Program-made: the position numbers and the translations under genes
Notes under the pieces: model-generated
Database searches by the model: none
Told to the model about the DNA's origin: nothing
Seen by the model: only the letters and a program-made list of their open reading frames with translations
Source: Enoplolaimus lenunculus
Taxonomy: Eukaryota
DNA: 64,000 bases
Direction of reading: 5' to 3'
Assembly: GCA_030248215.1 (NCBI GenBank)
Contig: JASANG010002859.1
Span: 186,001-250,000 of the forward strand
Shown here: piece by piece, positions 1-12,200 of the stretch
Position numbering within the stretch: the stretch's first letter is position 1
Layout of the letters: the number at the start of each line of letters is the position of its first letter

Positions 1-82
1 AGAAATACAAAGTTTATTTCATTACAAACAGCTTCAGACTACTTAGCTAATAAAAAGTAAATCTAAATATTTTAATTAATAC

Positions 83-210
83 CTCTTATTGACCGAAATC
101 GACCTTGAAAGCCTTCCATTGATTCGTCCGGATCGTACGACCGCATCAGAACGATAAACTGGTTAGTTTGTGATATGTAGCGTTGATTTGGAATTTCGTA
201 GCCACAAAAT
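83..210 (-). CDS. Astacin exon 11 (CUB, C-terminal part)
   Basis: FCGYEIPNQRYISQTNQFIVLMRSYD...GFQGRFRS; ttttag / gtatta. Confidence 0.9.
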
Positions 211-3200
211 CTAAAAATCTGTCAAGCGTTATATTGATCCCAACGCTTTCGGGTAGTGTGCTCCCCAGGGTAATGCTACTTTTAGGTCTGTAACCGTAGA
301 TTAAACATATTCTTAAGTATTACAAACCTTGCCTAAGCCTGAACCTAAGCAGAAAAATAGCGTAAAATCTAACCCTGATAATTTGGAGTCCCACCCGGAA
401 ATGGGATGACTCTAAAGGTAACACAAGCCGTTCCCCTACAAACAGTTCAAACTACAAAAATTACTGCGGGCTGTTCGCCCCACGTCCAGTTTCTACTACA
501 AAAATTACTGGAATAATGAAATAGGCTTGGACCTTGGGCTTAGGCTTGGGCTTAGCCTTAGACTTTGGAGTTCGAATTTTGGAAACTAATAAAGAGAAAT
601 ATGGTTAGAAAGTTTTCCGTTGTATCAAATTAATACTTGAAATGAGCGAAAGTATGCCAGAATGTTTTTACTAAATTCATAATGGACATGGCCCATGTAA
701 ATATCAGGGCGGAACGTTTTTCTGTGGGACTACAAAGGGCTTTGGCTAAGGTTTAGGCTTAGGCATATGCTTAGGAATATGCTCATTATTACGCTTAGGA
801 AAAGGTTTAGGCTTTGGCTTAGGAATAAACTTATTCTTACGCTTAGGCTTAGGTTTAGGCTTAGAAATAAACTCTTTCTTACGCTTAGCCTTAGGCTTAG
901 GCTTAGGAATAAACTCATTCTTACGCTTTGGCTAAGGCTTAGGCTTAGGCATATGCTTAGGAATATGCTCATTATTACGCTTAGGAAACAGTTTAGGCTA
1001 AGGCTTAGGAATAAACATTCTTACGCTTAGGCTTAGGTTTAGGCTTAGACTTAAAAATAAACTCTTTCTTACGCTTAGGCTTAGGTTTAGGCTTAGGCTT
1101 AAAAATAAACTCTTTCTTACGCTTAGGCTTAGGTTTAGGCTTAGGCTTAAAAATAAACTCTTTCTTACGCTTAGGCTTAGGCGTTGGCTTAGGAATATGC
1201 TCATTATTACGCTTAGGAAAAGGTTTAGGCTTAGGCTTATTAATAAACTTATTCTTACGCTTAGGCTTAGGTTTAGGTTTAGGCTTAGAAATAAACTCTT
1301 ACGCTTAGAATTAGGCTTAGGCTTAGGCTTAGGTTTAGCAATATGCTTATAATACTCTTCCGCCTCACTTTTAACTATATTCTTGCAGCACCATACCTAT
1401 ATATCATAAAGGCGGAAAATTGAGCTTGTCAAAATACAATTATAATTATTAAATTATGCTTAAAAGACTTCTGATTAAAGTTGAAAATCGACTAACTTTG
1501 GCCCAGTATTCATCAGGTTGCCAGCGTATCGTAGTTCAACGTAATTCGCGTAACATAACGGAATTCGACTCGAAATAAACCCAAAAACAGTCCCGTTGAA
1601 TTCAAATTCAATTTTTAGATCATTTGAAGTCTAGAAACCGAACTCAAAAGCAAGTCAAAAAACGGTTCGTTTGAACTTAAAAGCCGCAGGCTAAATTTAC
1701 AATATTTATAAATTTGACCCGTGTATAGAGCAGGGCCGGAACAGTAGTATAAGCATATTCCTTAGCCTAAGCCTAAGCGTAAGCCTAAGCGTATGGATGA
1801 GCATATTCCTAAGCCTAAGCCTAAGCGTGAGCCTAAGCGTATAGATGAGCATATTCCTAAGCCTAAGCCTAAGCCTAAGCGTATATATGAGCATATTCCT
1901 AAGCCTAAGCCTAAGCCTAAGCCTAAGCGTATAGATGAGCATATTCCTAAGCCTAAGCGTAAGCCTAAGCGCATGGATGAGCCTATTCCTAAGCCTAAGC
2001 CTAAGCCTAAGCGTATAGATGAGCATATTCCTAAGCCTAAGCCTAAGCCTAAGCCTAAGCGTATAGATGAGCATATTCCTAAGCCTAAGCCTAACTCTAA
2101 GGCTAAGCGTATGGATGAGCCTATTCGTAAGCCTAAGCGTAAGCCTTAGCCTAAGCAAAAAAATTAGTCTAAAGCTTAAACTGACTCTATTATAGCCCCT
2201 CCAAAAAACGATCCGGCCCTGTTCTATACATGGGCCATAAACTTTATACCTTTATGGGAAGTTTTTGACCGAAATCAGGGGCGTAGCAAAGATTTCATTT
2301 TGCAAGGTTAAATCCTTATTAAACAACACTTTTTGACATCTACGAATTCGGAAGGTTTATATCCTAACGTATGTTACCTGAACTTCTGGACTTTTTACTT
2401 ATTTGTAGACATTTTGTTAGCGAATATATCCCCTCTCTCTCCTTGTATGCGCAACAGCCATTGAAATTTTATGATTACGGTTTAAAATAAGCATCATTTT
2501 CGTGTTAATTTTCAACATTTGTAAAATAATAAAACACATTTTAATGTTTTTTTCGGATAAGATTCGGTTACGGATTTTAACCGGCCAACCGCCACCCTTC
2601 GTTACGGATATATATCCGGTATTGCAACTATCCGTTGAATTAAACGTTTATTTACCTTGTATGAAAAGCTTGAGCGATAATGCAACGTTATACTTTGGAA
2701 TGTTACTTCCAAAATTTAACCACGCTTTAAAGTTTCGAACTCAAATTATTTGGTCCGGGAATCATTTATGCACTACAATTAGGGATAATTGACATTTATG
2801 GACTCTAGTTAGAGTTTAGGGACTCTTTTCGTTTGCGGACTCGTATTAGGGAAACGGACTCCTATTGATTGGGATTCAAAACGGGAACCCCCCTCTTATT
2901 ACCCCCCTCTTATTCAGGTCGCTGCAGTATGTCAGTAAAAGTTTTCTGTTTCAGAGCATACGCTTACCTCTATGACCCACGAACATTCTTGTCCCGCCGG
3001 ATGTTTAACAGGATATCCTGGCGAGTTCACTATTTGCCAATCGGAATTGGCACGAAATTTGCCACCGCACTGAGTTGCTGAAATGTTTAAGAGCCGTTTT
3101 AAATCCACAAAGGACTCGTTGCGAAAACTAGCGATACGATTTCAAGCCGAAAACCTTAACATTAATACACATGAAACATTCATGGCTTGTAGTAGATACG

Positions 3201-6200
3201 CAGAGTAAGAAAATTTTTTCACGATCAAATTTTAGCGGTTTAAACCTTATGACGACATCCGGTATATATGGAAGTCAAAGGTCCGGAATATGAAACCCCT
3301 AGGAATTCGCTGAAAACTGGCTTTTTTATAGATCACGACGCGCTGAATTCAACGGTACCATTTTGAGGTCTGCAAGACCCCTGATTCAAAAGTTGTGGCC
3401 GCCCTTTAAATGTTATTTTCACTATATTAAACATTTATCAACATTAGTTTCATGGAGAAACCTGGCAAAGCTATCATTTACACATATATGAATGGTAGGC
3501 ATTTTGTCATCAAATCTGCTCGTTTGTGCGATACAATTGCAAAAGCCATAAGTTTTGGCTAAAAAGTTAGCAGCGTTGACCTCAGCAATTCGTGGTCTAT
3601 GGTGTACCTACTGTTCATTGTGTTCCAATGGGGTTCACATCGTGTACCTTTGCCAATATAACAGTTAAACCCTTTGTTAACGGATTATTTCCAATATTTT
3701 TCTCAGACATGCATTCAAGCTTAAATTCGAATTAAGAATCTCTCGCGTGGGATACGCTTACCATCACCACTCAGCTATAGAAACATAAGGTTCGAGCTTG
3801 ATGGTGCTATTACTTCTTGTGGAGGTTTTGTACGGCGTATGCAAGTTGTTATACACTGCACATTGCAGTTACACGTACACCGTTTGCGCTAAGTTCCTCA
3901 GAGTCTATTCTGTATGAGAAGGGACTAATATTTTAAAATGTCGAATGTAAAGTTTTACAGAAATTCACTTTTGAATATGAAACTTACACGGCCCATGGTC
4001 AGTATTAAGAATAAGTTTAAGATTTATTCATTATAATCATTCCGGCTCATGTCACTTTTAGGGTCGTCCCGGTTTCTGTTGGGTCTGTAAAAGAGTAGAC
4101 TTACATTGTAGATTACATTTTTCTTGCTTAGGATTAGGCTTAGCGTTAAGCTTAGGCTTAGCAATACGCTTTTACATCGCTTAGGCTTAGGCTTAGGAAT
4201 ACGCTTTTAAAACGCTTAGGCTTAGGAATAGGCGTAGGAATACGCTTTTACAACGCTTAGGCTTGGGAGTACGCTTAATCTACTGTTACGGCCGCAAAAG
4301 TAACATTGGTCATCATTCCAGAACGGCCCTACTTTGTACCATACTGCCAATTAAGTGGTCGATTTGTTATCAAATATAGGCAGATAGAAATAATACAGCT
4401 TCATTTCGCTAGCGGCAGCTGCTCGAAAATGCGATATGCAGGTCCGATTTATATTTTGGCTACTTACGTTTTCCTGGTTTTACCATTTCGCATGTTGCTC
4501 CGTCGTACGGTTCCGGACAAATACACCGGTCACAGCGTTTCGGATGCGGATATCCGCCGTTCTTGCAACCAGCTGTTTTGATTGGACATTCATCTGTCAT
4601 AAATTGTAAGAAATGTTCACATAATTAACAAAATTTCACTTTATCTTTGGAACAGATTTGATTATTACACTGTAAAAAATGGGAAGTCAAATTGACTCTC
4701 TCGGAAATAGGCTTTTCCTGACCACACAAACTGAGTCAAAATGCGACTCCGCCAGAGTCAAATTCGATTCACTCAGCGATTTAGTGAATCGAATTAGACT
4801 CTGGCGGAGTCGAATTTGACTCAGTTTGTGTAGTCAGGAAAAGCCTATTTCCCAGAGAGTCAATTTGACTCCCCGTTTTTTGCAGTGTAATAATTATTAC
4901 AACTCTTGCTTGTATATAGCAAATTTACTATCTCAGCAATGATAAGTAACTAAATTCAGAGCCCATATTCTCAAATGCGTACAGCACCTATCATCAGTTA
5001 ACGATAGGTTTTCAAACAGACGAACATCTGCAATTGTAGATCTCAAAATTGGTACAGAAGTAGGGCAAATCAAACGCGAACAATGTGCTGCATTTCGAAC
5101 CTCACCATGCGCTGGTTCTAAAGTTACAGGACCTATCATCAACTGGTGATGGGTGCTACACAAATTTGAAAATACGGGTGCAGAATCCTTAATGTATCCT
5201 ATATTGAATTCCTTACTGTAAGGTGCACTCGTTTTCAATTTAGGTTAATAGACGTTATCTTAAACTCATGTCTAATAGATTCCAAATATTTATTGTCAAC
5301 ATGAAATACAGCAGAATATGCCAACCACCTTCAGCTACAAAGTTGAGCCACATATTTAATCTGGAACGTCCCACATACGTATTTTGGGCAATTTATACAG
5401 CATGATTATTGAAACAATTCAGACAAAACATTAAAATTCTATGGAAAAAATACTTTATTTTTGAGTGATTTTGTGGGTGTTTTCGTAATCCTAAGTGACA
5501 GAAAGTGTAAGAATGACATAAATGAATTTCCTGAATAAACAGAATGTTTTAGTGCTCCAGGAATCTATTCGCTTTAAAAATGGTATATACACGATTCAAA
5601 AACATGGTTAAATTGCGCAGTTTTTTTATTAATATTAACCCTTTCTCACATGAATATTGTCAATTTCACATGAGATGTAATTTCAAGGTGAGATTCGAAC
5701 TCCAGCCTCACGAGTGGGAGGCGTTTACGATGACCACTGAGTTATAGGAGCTTGACGCTATAGCCCGAGGGGGCTATCACGTCTTGTGGAGATTGTGTAC
5801 TGCGCATATATGTTAGAAATGTTAAACACTGCTCACAGTGTGTGTATTGCTCGTACATTACTGTATTTAGTTGCTCATAGTAGACTCTATGAGTGAGAGG
5901 GTTAATGCATCGGAATCTCTCAAACTGGCTTTTTTAATTACCCATACCGCCTTTCAACATCAACGATCCTAAATGTTTTACCTTTGCAATAAGCTTTATT
6001 GATTGATAATACGTCATAAAATGTTGGTCCTTGTAGCCTGCCTCCGATCGTTGCCAAATAAGCGAGATCTTTTGGAACTAGCGTATAATCACGCCACGCA
6101 AATGTCTAGAAAATTACATCAACATTTATAGTTCAACTTATGCCGTTTATCCAAGTTAGACTTATAAGATTTCCGCGGCCATAGCCTTACACTTCAAAAA

Positions 6201-9200
6201 ATGGTCAGAGTCAAATTGACTTTCTTCGAAATAGGCTCTACGGGACTACACAAATTGAGTCAAATTGGAGTCCACCTGAGTTAAATTAGTTAATTTCACT
6301 CACCATTTTTTGCAGCGTATTTGAATACAGCTTATTACCAGCCGACTCATAGATTTGCTACCATTCGAAGCCAAATAGTGTCTAATATTTCGTACAACAT
6401 CCTATATTTTCTATCAAGAAATATAAACATCAAAGCATGAACAGCATGGCCCATGAATACAACAGGGCCGGAACAGTAGTATAAGCATAATCCTGAGCGT
6501 AAGCCTAAGCGTATGGATTAGCCTATTTCTAAGCCTAAGCCTAAGCATAAGCAAAAAAATTAGTCTAAAGCTTAAACTGACTCTATTATAGCCCCTCCGG
6601 AAAACGATCCGGAATTGTTCTATACAACGGCCAACAGCATTGACGTAAACATTGCAAACAATGAAAAGTTGAACAGCGAAACGCTGTAATGCATCGTCCA
6701 CTTTATAAGACGTACGCTGTGTGGATTTTTGCATCGTCAATTGACGTCTACTTTTGCTATTGACAGAACAGTAGATGGCCAGTGTATTTCAGAAAAATTT
6801 ATCATTAAAATTATTAATTCAATTGACAGCTGCGGTTATGCAACAAACAGTAGTTGTAAACAGTGTGTTTTGTTTATAAAGAATTGGCTATACTAAAGCT
6901 AACTGCGAAACAGCGAATGCCAATTGCCTTGATATGAAAATCCCCTAACCGTTCATACCTCTATTCAGATGAACTAGAAGCTGTAAGTACTATTCATATA
7001 AACGGACAGCTTACTGTCAATGGCACTAATTTCATAAACAGTAGCTGTCAATTGCGCTACTTTCGTAGACAGTAGCTGTCAATTGCGCTACTTACGTAGA
7101 CAGTAGCTGTCAATTGCTCTACTTTCGTAGACAGTAGCTGTCAATTGCCCTACTTTCGTAGACAGTAGCACGTTAACTGTGGACGTAGCTGCCTGATTAC
7201 TAAGCATAAACCTAAGCGTAATCTTTTTGGCTAAGCAGCAGGCAAAAGTAAATCAAGGTTAATTTTTGTAATGCGTCCAAAGTTTAGCTTGTTACGTACC
7301 ATTTTGAGAAAAAAATTGCCGACATTTCGTATTAACAAAATCTTGAAAATCTGTGGTAAAATTAAGAGAGCATAACCATATAAATTACTGACAATTGACA
7401 AAGTAAATTCGGAAGTTGGTCCTTTCGGACAATTACAAATACTGCAAATACTGCACCAGCTAAACTCTGATCAAGTGCCCACGCTTATCTCACTTAAACA
7501 TCAGTACATCATTTAAAAACTTCATTGCAGCTACACCATGTTTTTGTTTGTTTCATTTGTTCACATAACGTTTAGCATTTTGTATACTGGTTATTGTTTA
7601 ACTAGGCGGTTTATACATGGAAGCCCTGCGGCGGATCTAGAAATTTCTGATGTATTGGCAGGCTGGCTGTTTACAAAAAATTCTGAGGAAAAAACACTGT
7701 TACGTATAGTATGGTTGCAGTAGTACGGTAAAGCAGGACATGCAGCATTTAAATGTGTCGTGTGGCAGGGGGCCGAAAGGCTACACTTGCTATTTCTACA
7801 ACAACTATAGGGCCAACCCAAGGGCGTGAAGCTGCACCATTTTTGTACATATGTATCTACCGGTGCCCATGATTAGATCTCACAATTTAACTAATGGCGG
7901 CGCCTGCTTGTAAACAACTTCCTAGTTGGCAGTTTATTATTCGTTGCTGTGTATTAAAACACCGATCACTTTCTTTTATGCTTCTATGGTGGCTTAAGCT
8001 TGCGGAACACATGTCAATCGGTCGCTTGTACCTTAACTGGTTGAGCACGGAAATCATCAGCTGAAACTTTAATTCATATTAAAAGGACTTTTATAGTGGT
8101 GTACGGAGCAATTTTGATTGGGTGCCGCATTCTTTCAGGCCTGTGCATTAGGTTTCCATCTGAAAGTAAACTTGGAGCCCTTCGGCAGAGACGTATCTAT
8201 GTTATTGGTGGAATATATAAGGTGGCTGCGATCTTTTGCATTGAAATTGTTGTCGGTAGCGTTGACGCTTGCGGTACATTTTATATGTTACAAGTAGTTG
8301 TATATGGAACGGCAAAATTTAACAGTAGATGCTTTCCGATAAACTATCGTGAAGGCCTAGCTGTAAATTGTATTGAACACGTAATCATTATCTACATTTA
8401 CCGTCTAAAATATGGCTACTCTAACCGTAAATTGAAACAAATACTCAGATGGCAGTTGTTGAGCAGACGGCTTTGCAAATACCGCAAGTGTAGCTACTTC
8501 GGTTTATGAGATACCCCATTTACAACTACTATCATAAATTTTAAGCTGAAAATATTCAGAAATGAAATTTGTGAATGTTAAAACGGTATCGACAGCTTCT
8601 ATTAAAACAAGCAATGAGATGCCGTCAACGAAACAAACGACGGCAAGCGTCAATTGACGATGCAAAAATCCACACAGCGTACGCGTCATAAAGTGGACGA
8701 TGCATAATATTGAAACACTTTGTGTTCAAACTTATTAAAAAATATATTCACCAGATTTCGACTCATATTCAGTGCAGTTGTGCCTTGCTGAAACCGTAAA
8801 TTTCAAACTTCAACCGTAAATTTCAAGCTTCAACCATAAATTTCAAACTTCAACCCTAAATTTCAAGCTTCAACCATAAATTTCAAACTTCAACCATAAA
8901 TTTCAAACTTCAACCGTAAATTTCCAGCTTCAACAAATATGGCTATCGACCTGTATTTTCCATTCATTGAAAATATACTTTTAAACCACATTTCAACCAT
9001 TGGTCTGGTGCGTCACAAATTGCAAGCTTGAAAATCTATTTTTACCTTAGCGTTGTAATGCATCACTGAACCGTAATCATACGGCACTTCTTCGGTTTCA
9101 CACGTACTGCAGCGATCAAAATTTGACAGTTTGCGTTCGTCAATATTTTGCCAGTTGATTGTGACAAAATTTTTACGATCAGGCCGCGCTTGTTCATGAA

Positions 9201-12200
9201 CGAGACCAAGCGCGTGACCAATTTCGTGCGCCATGACACCAAACTAAAATAAAAAACCAACACAGGGGGTTTCGATGGGGCTTCAACAAGCGCCAGTGAC
9301 ACAAGACTGTCCAGTCGCTCGCTCTCGAACTTGAAACGCCTGTTTGTAATGGATTTTAGACAGCGTTTGATATGATGACAAATTTATTTAGCTATTATCA
9401 TTACTAGTCGTCCAACTTTGCGCAATGCGCAAACGCGTTAGCGAATAATACATAAAAGGATGTATGCAGATTTTCTAATTTATAGGACAATCGCGTCTAC
9501 GTATGTGCTATTATATAATTGTTAACAAATATTATTGAAACTTGCCGAAAATACGTATGTGGGACCTTCCGGATTTAATATATAGATTAGCCTGTCAGGG
9601 CCGTAGTTGCGTGGTACTTAGGATACTATAGGCTCATGGATGTGGTACGAATTTCGGAAGCGGTGTTACGTTCTATAAAAACTTCAAGAAGGTTGCTAGT
9701 ACAGAAAACGGATACGGTGTCTAAAGCACCTGTACAAAAATCTCATAAGGGGATGATGACACCTGAACCCCGCCTGACTACGCTTTTATACTGGCTTAAA
9801 CTTTGCCATGTTATTTTTTCATAGAATATTTTTTAAATTCCTACTATGATTTTTTTTGCGAAAATTACTATGCTAATTTTTGGTAATTGTTAACCTAAGA
9901 CGACGTTGTATGATTTAAATTCGAAGCCAAAACATAAGCTATTTTTATTCAAAAAAATAAAACACAGGCTCTTACTCTCTCGCAATTTGCACCAACGTGG
10001 ATTGGCTGGGGCCCTCCGATTCTTCCTTCATAGGATGCACACCTGAAACAATAATACTTGGATTTCATATTAATATAAAATATACTAATCAGGGTGTAAA
10101 CCGGATATCCGTTGTTGTTTGCGAGCAAATTCGATATCTGTTTTCGTTTTTGTTTCCGGTATACAAATACTGGAAATTCCATTGGTTTTGCCCATATACA
10201 GAACAGGGCCGGAACAGTAGTAGTACAAGTATATTCCTCAAATCATTGAAAAACTTTTATATAATTTTTCAATACAAATACCGGCAAATGTTACTTTTAG
10301 GGGCGTAAAAGTAGATTAAGCGTATTCCTAAGCCTAAGCCTAAGCAAAAATTGTAATCTAGAATCTAGACCCACTCTTTTATAGACCCACCAGAAACCTT
10401 TATGCCCGTAAAAGTAACATGGACCCAAATACCTATGTCTGCATTTGTTCGATTTGGTATAAAATAGCGAAATTTACCCAAAATTTAAAGAAAATTATTG
10501 TAAAATTTAAAAAACTTTGTATTCATCATTGCATGCTGCAATTGTGTTGACAGAAAAGTATTATTTTTAAACTTTTTATTCTTAAACATCTGTATTGTAT
10601 TCTGTTGTTTTTGTTATTTTTACTATCCGTTTTACACCATAACATTTTTTACAACCAATTTGCCGTCTTAAGCATGCGAAGCTTATTTCAAATATGAAAA
10701 GCATAGTACATTGTGACTTAGGCTATAAACTTTTATTTAAATTTCGAAACCTAAAACATAAACTGGCCCATGTATAGAACAGGGCCGGATCGTTTTCCGG
10801 CGTTGCTGTAATAGAGTCAGTTTAAGCTTTAGACTAACTTTTTGTTTAGGCTTAGGCTTAGGCTTAGAACTAAGATCATCCTTACGCTTAGTCTTAGGCT
10901 TATGCTTAGGAATATACATATACTATACTGTTGCGGCCCTGTTCTATAGATCGGCCGATAAGCTCAAACTGTCAAAAAAATGTTGATGGCATAGCAACAG
11001 CGATATTTTGTACCCTGGCTGCTTATCAAAAATAATGAAATCATCAGGCGCTAGCGAAATGTTTGCAATTTGACGAAAAACAAGACACGTGAACGCTTGC
11101 CAGAAGTTGATCGCGTCTTGGACGGTCGCTGTTGTCAAATCGTGCGATCCTGTGGAAAAATATAATACGATTTTCAAGCAAACAACAGAGTTTAATTCGA
11201 TTGAACGTTTGTGTAAATATTTGATCGCTACATAAAACGAATGTTGCGTTCTCCGAAGGATTGAAGACTACGACCATATTCTCAAACGGGCCCTTGTATA
11301 GAACAGGGCCGGAACAGTAGTATAAGCATATTCCTAAGCCTAAGCCTAAGCCAAATCCTAAGCCTAAGCCTAAGCGTATGAATGAGCCTATTCCTAAGCC
11401 TAAGCCTAAGCGTATGAATGAGCCATTCCTAAGCCTAAAGCCTAAGCCTAAGCGTATGGATGAGCCTATTTCTATCCCTAAACCTAAGTCTAAGCCTAAG
11501 CGTATGGATGAGCCAATCCCTATGCCTAAGCCTGTGCCTAAGCCTAAGCGTATGGATGAGCCTATTCCTAAGCCTAAGCCTAAGCCTAAACCTAAGCGTA
11601 AGCCTAAGCGTATGGATGAGCCTATTCCTAAGCCTAAGCCTAAGCCTAAACCTAAGCCTAAGCGTATGGATGAGCCTATTCCTAAGCCTAAGCCTAAGCA
11701 TAAGCCTATAAGCAAAAAATGAGTCTAAAGCTTAAACTGACTTTATTATAGCCCCTCCAGAAAACGATCCGGCGCCGTTCTATACATGGGCCCTCAAATG
11801 TGTGTGTGACACCTATTGTCAATAGTCATAGGCCAACAAACAGTTGCAGCAAATCAAATAGTGCCAAATTTCAAACCTCATTATTCAGTGCTTCACAAGC
11901 TACAAGATTTATCATCAACTGGTGATAGGAGTTACTCATGCTTGAAAATACAGACCCAATCGGTTTTTATAGTTCAGTTACACTGGGATACCACAAGGAA
12001 TTTAGGTTAAATCAAATAGGTTCGTCTGGTAGTCAGGCATGATTTCAGGACCTGCTCGGTACGTTTATATATTGAGCATTTGTTTTTGTGTTTGTTTTAT
12101 TATTGCTAAGGTTGTTTACTATATTTCCATCGCTATAAACCGGAGCGTCATGAAGCCACTTGGCAACACCTCGGACCACCTTTTCGATCCATTGTGCCAT

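Noticed and set aside
730..2158. ORFs of PK, LR, LG and LS dipeptide repeats (also 11044-11722 and 60795-61544)
   Set aside because: They are automatic translations of TTAGGC-register arrays inside MITEs, lie in introns and have no gene structure.
690..2236. True chromosome end or telomere fusion site
   Set aside because: Arrays are short, degenerate, occur in both orientations, are bounded by TIRs/TSDs and sit within introns of an intact gene.
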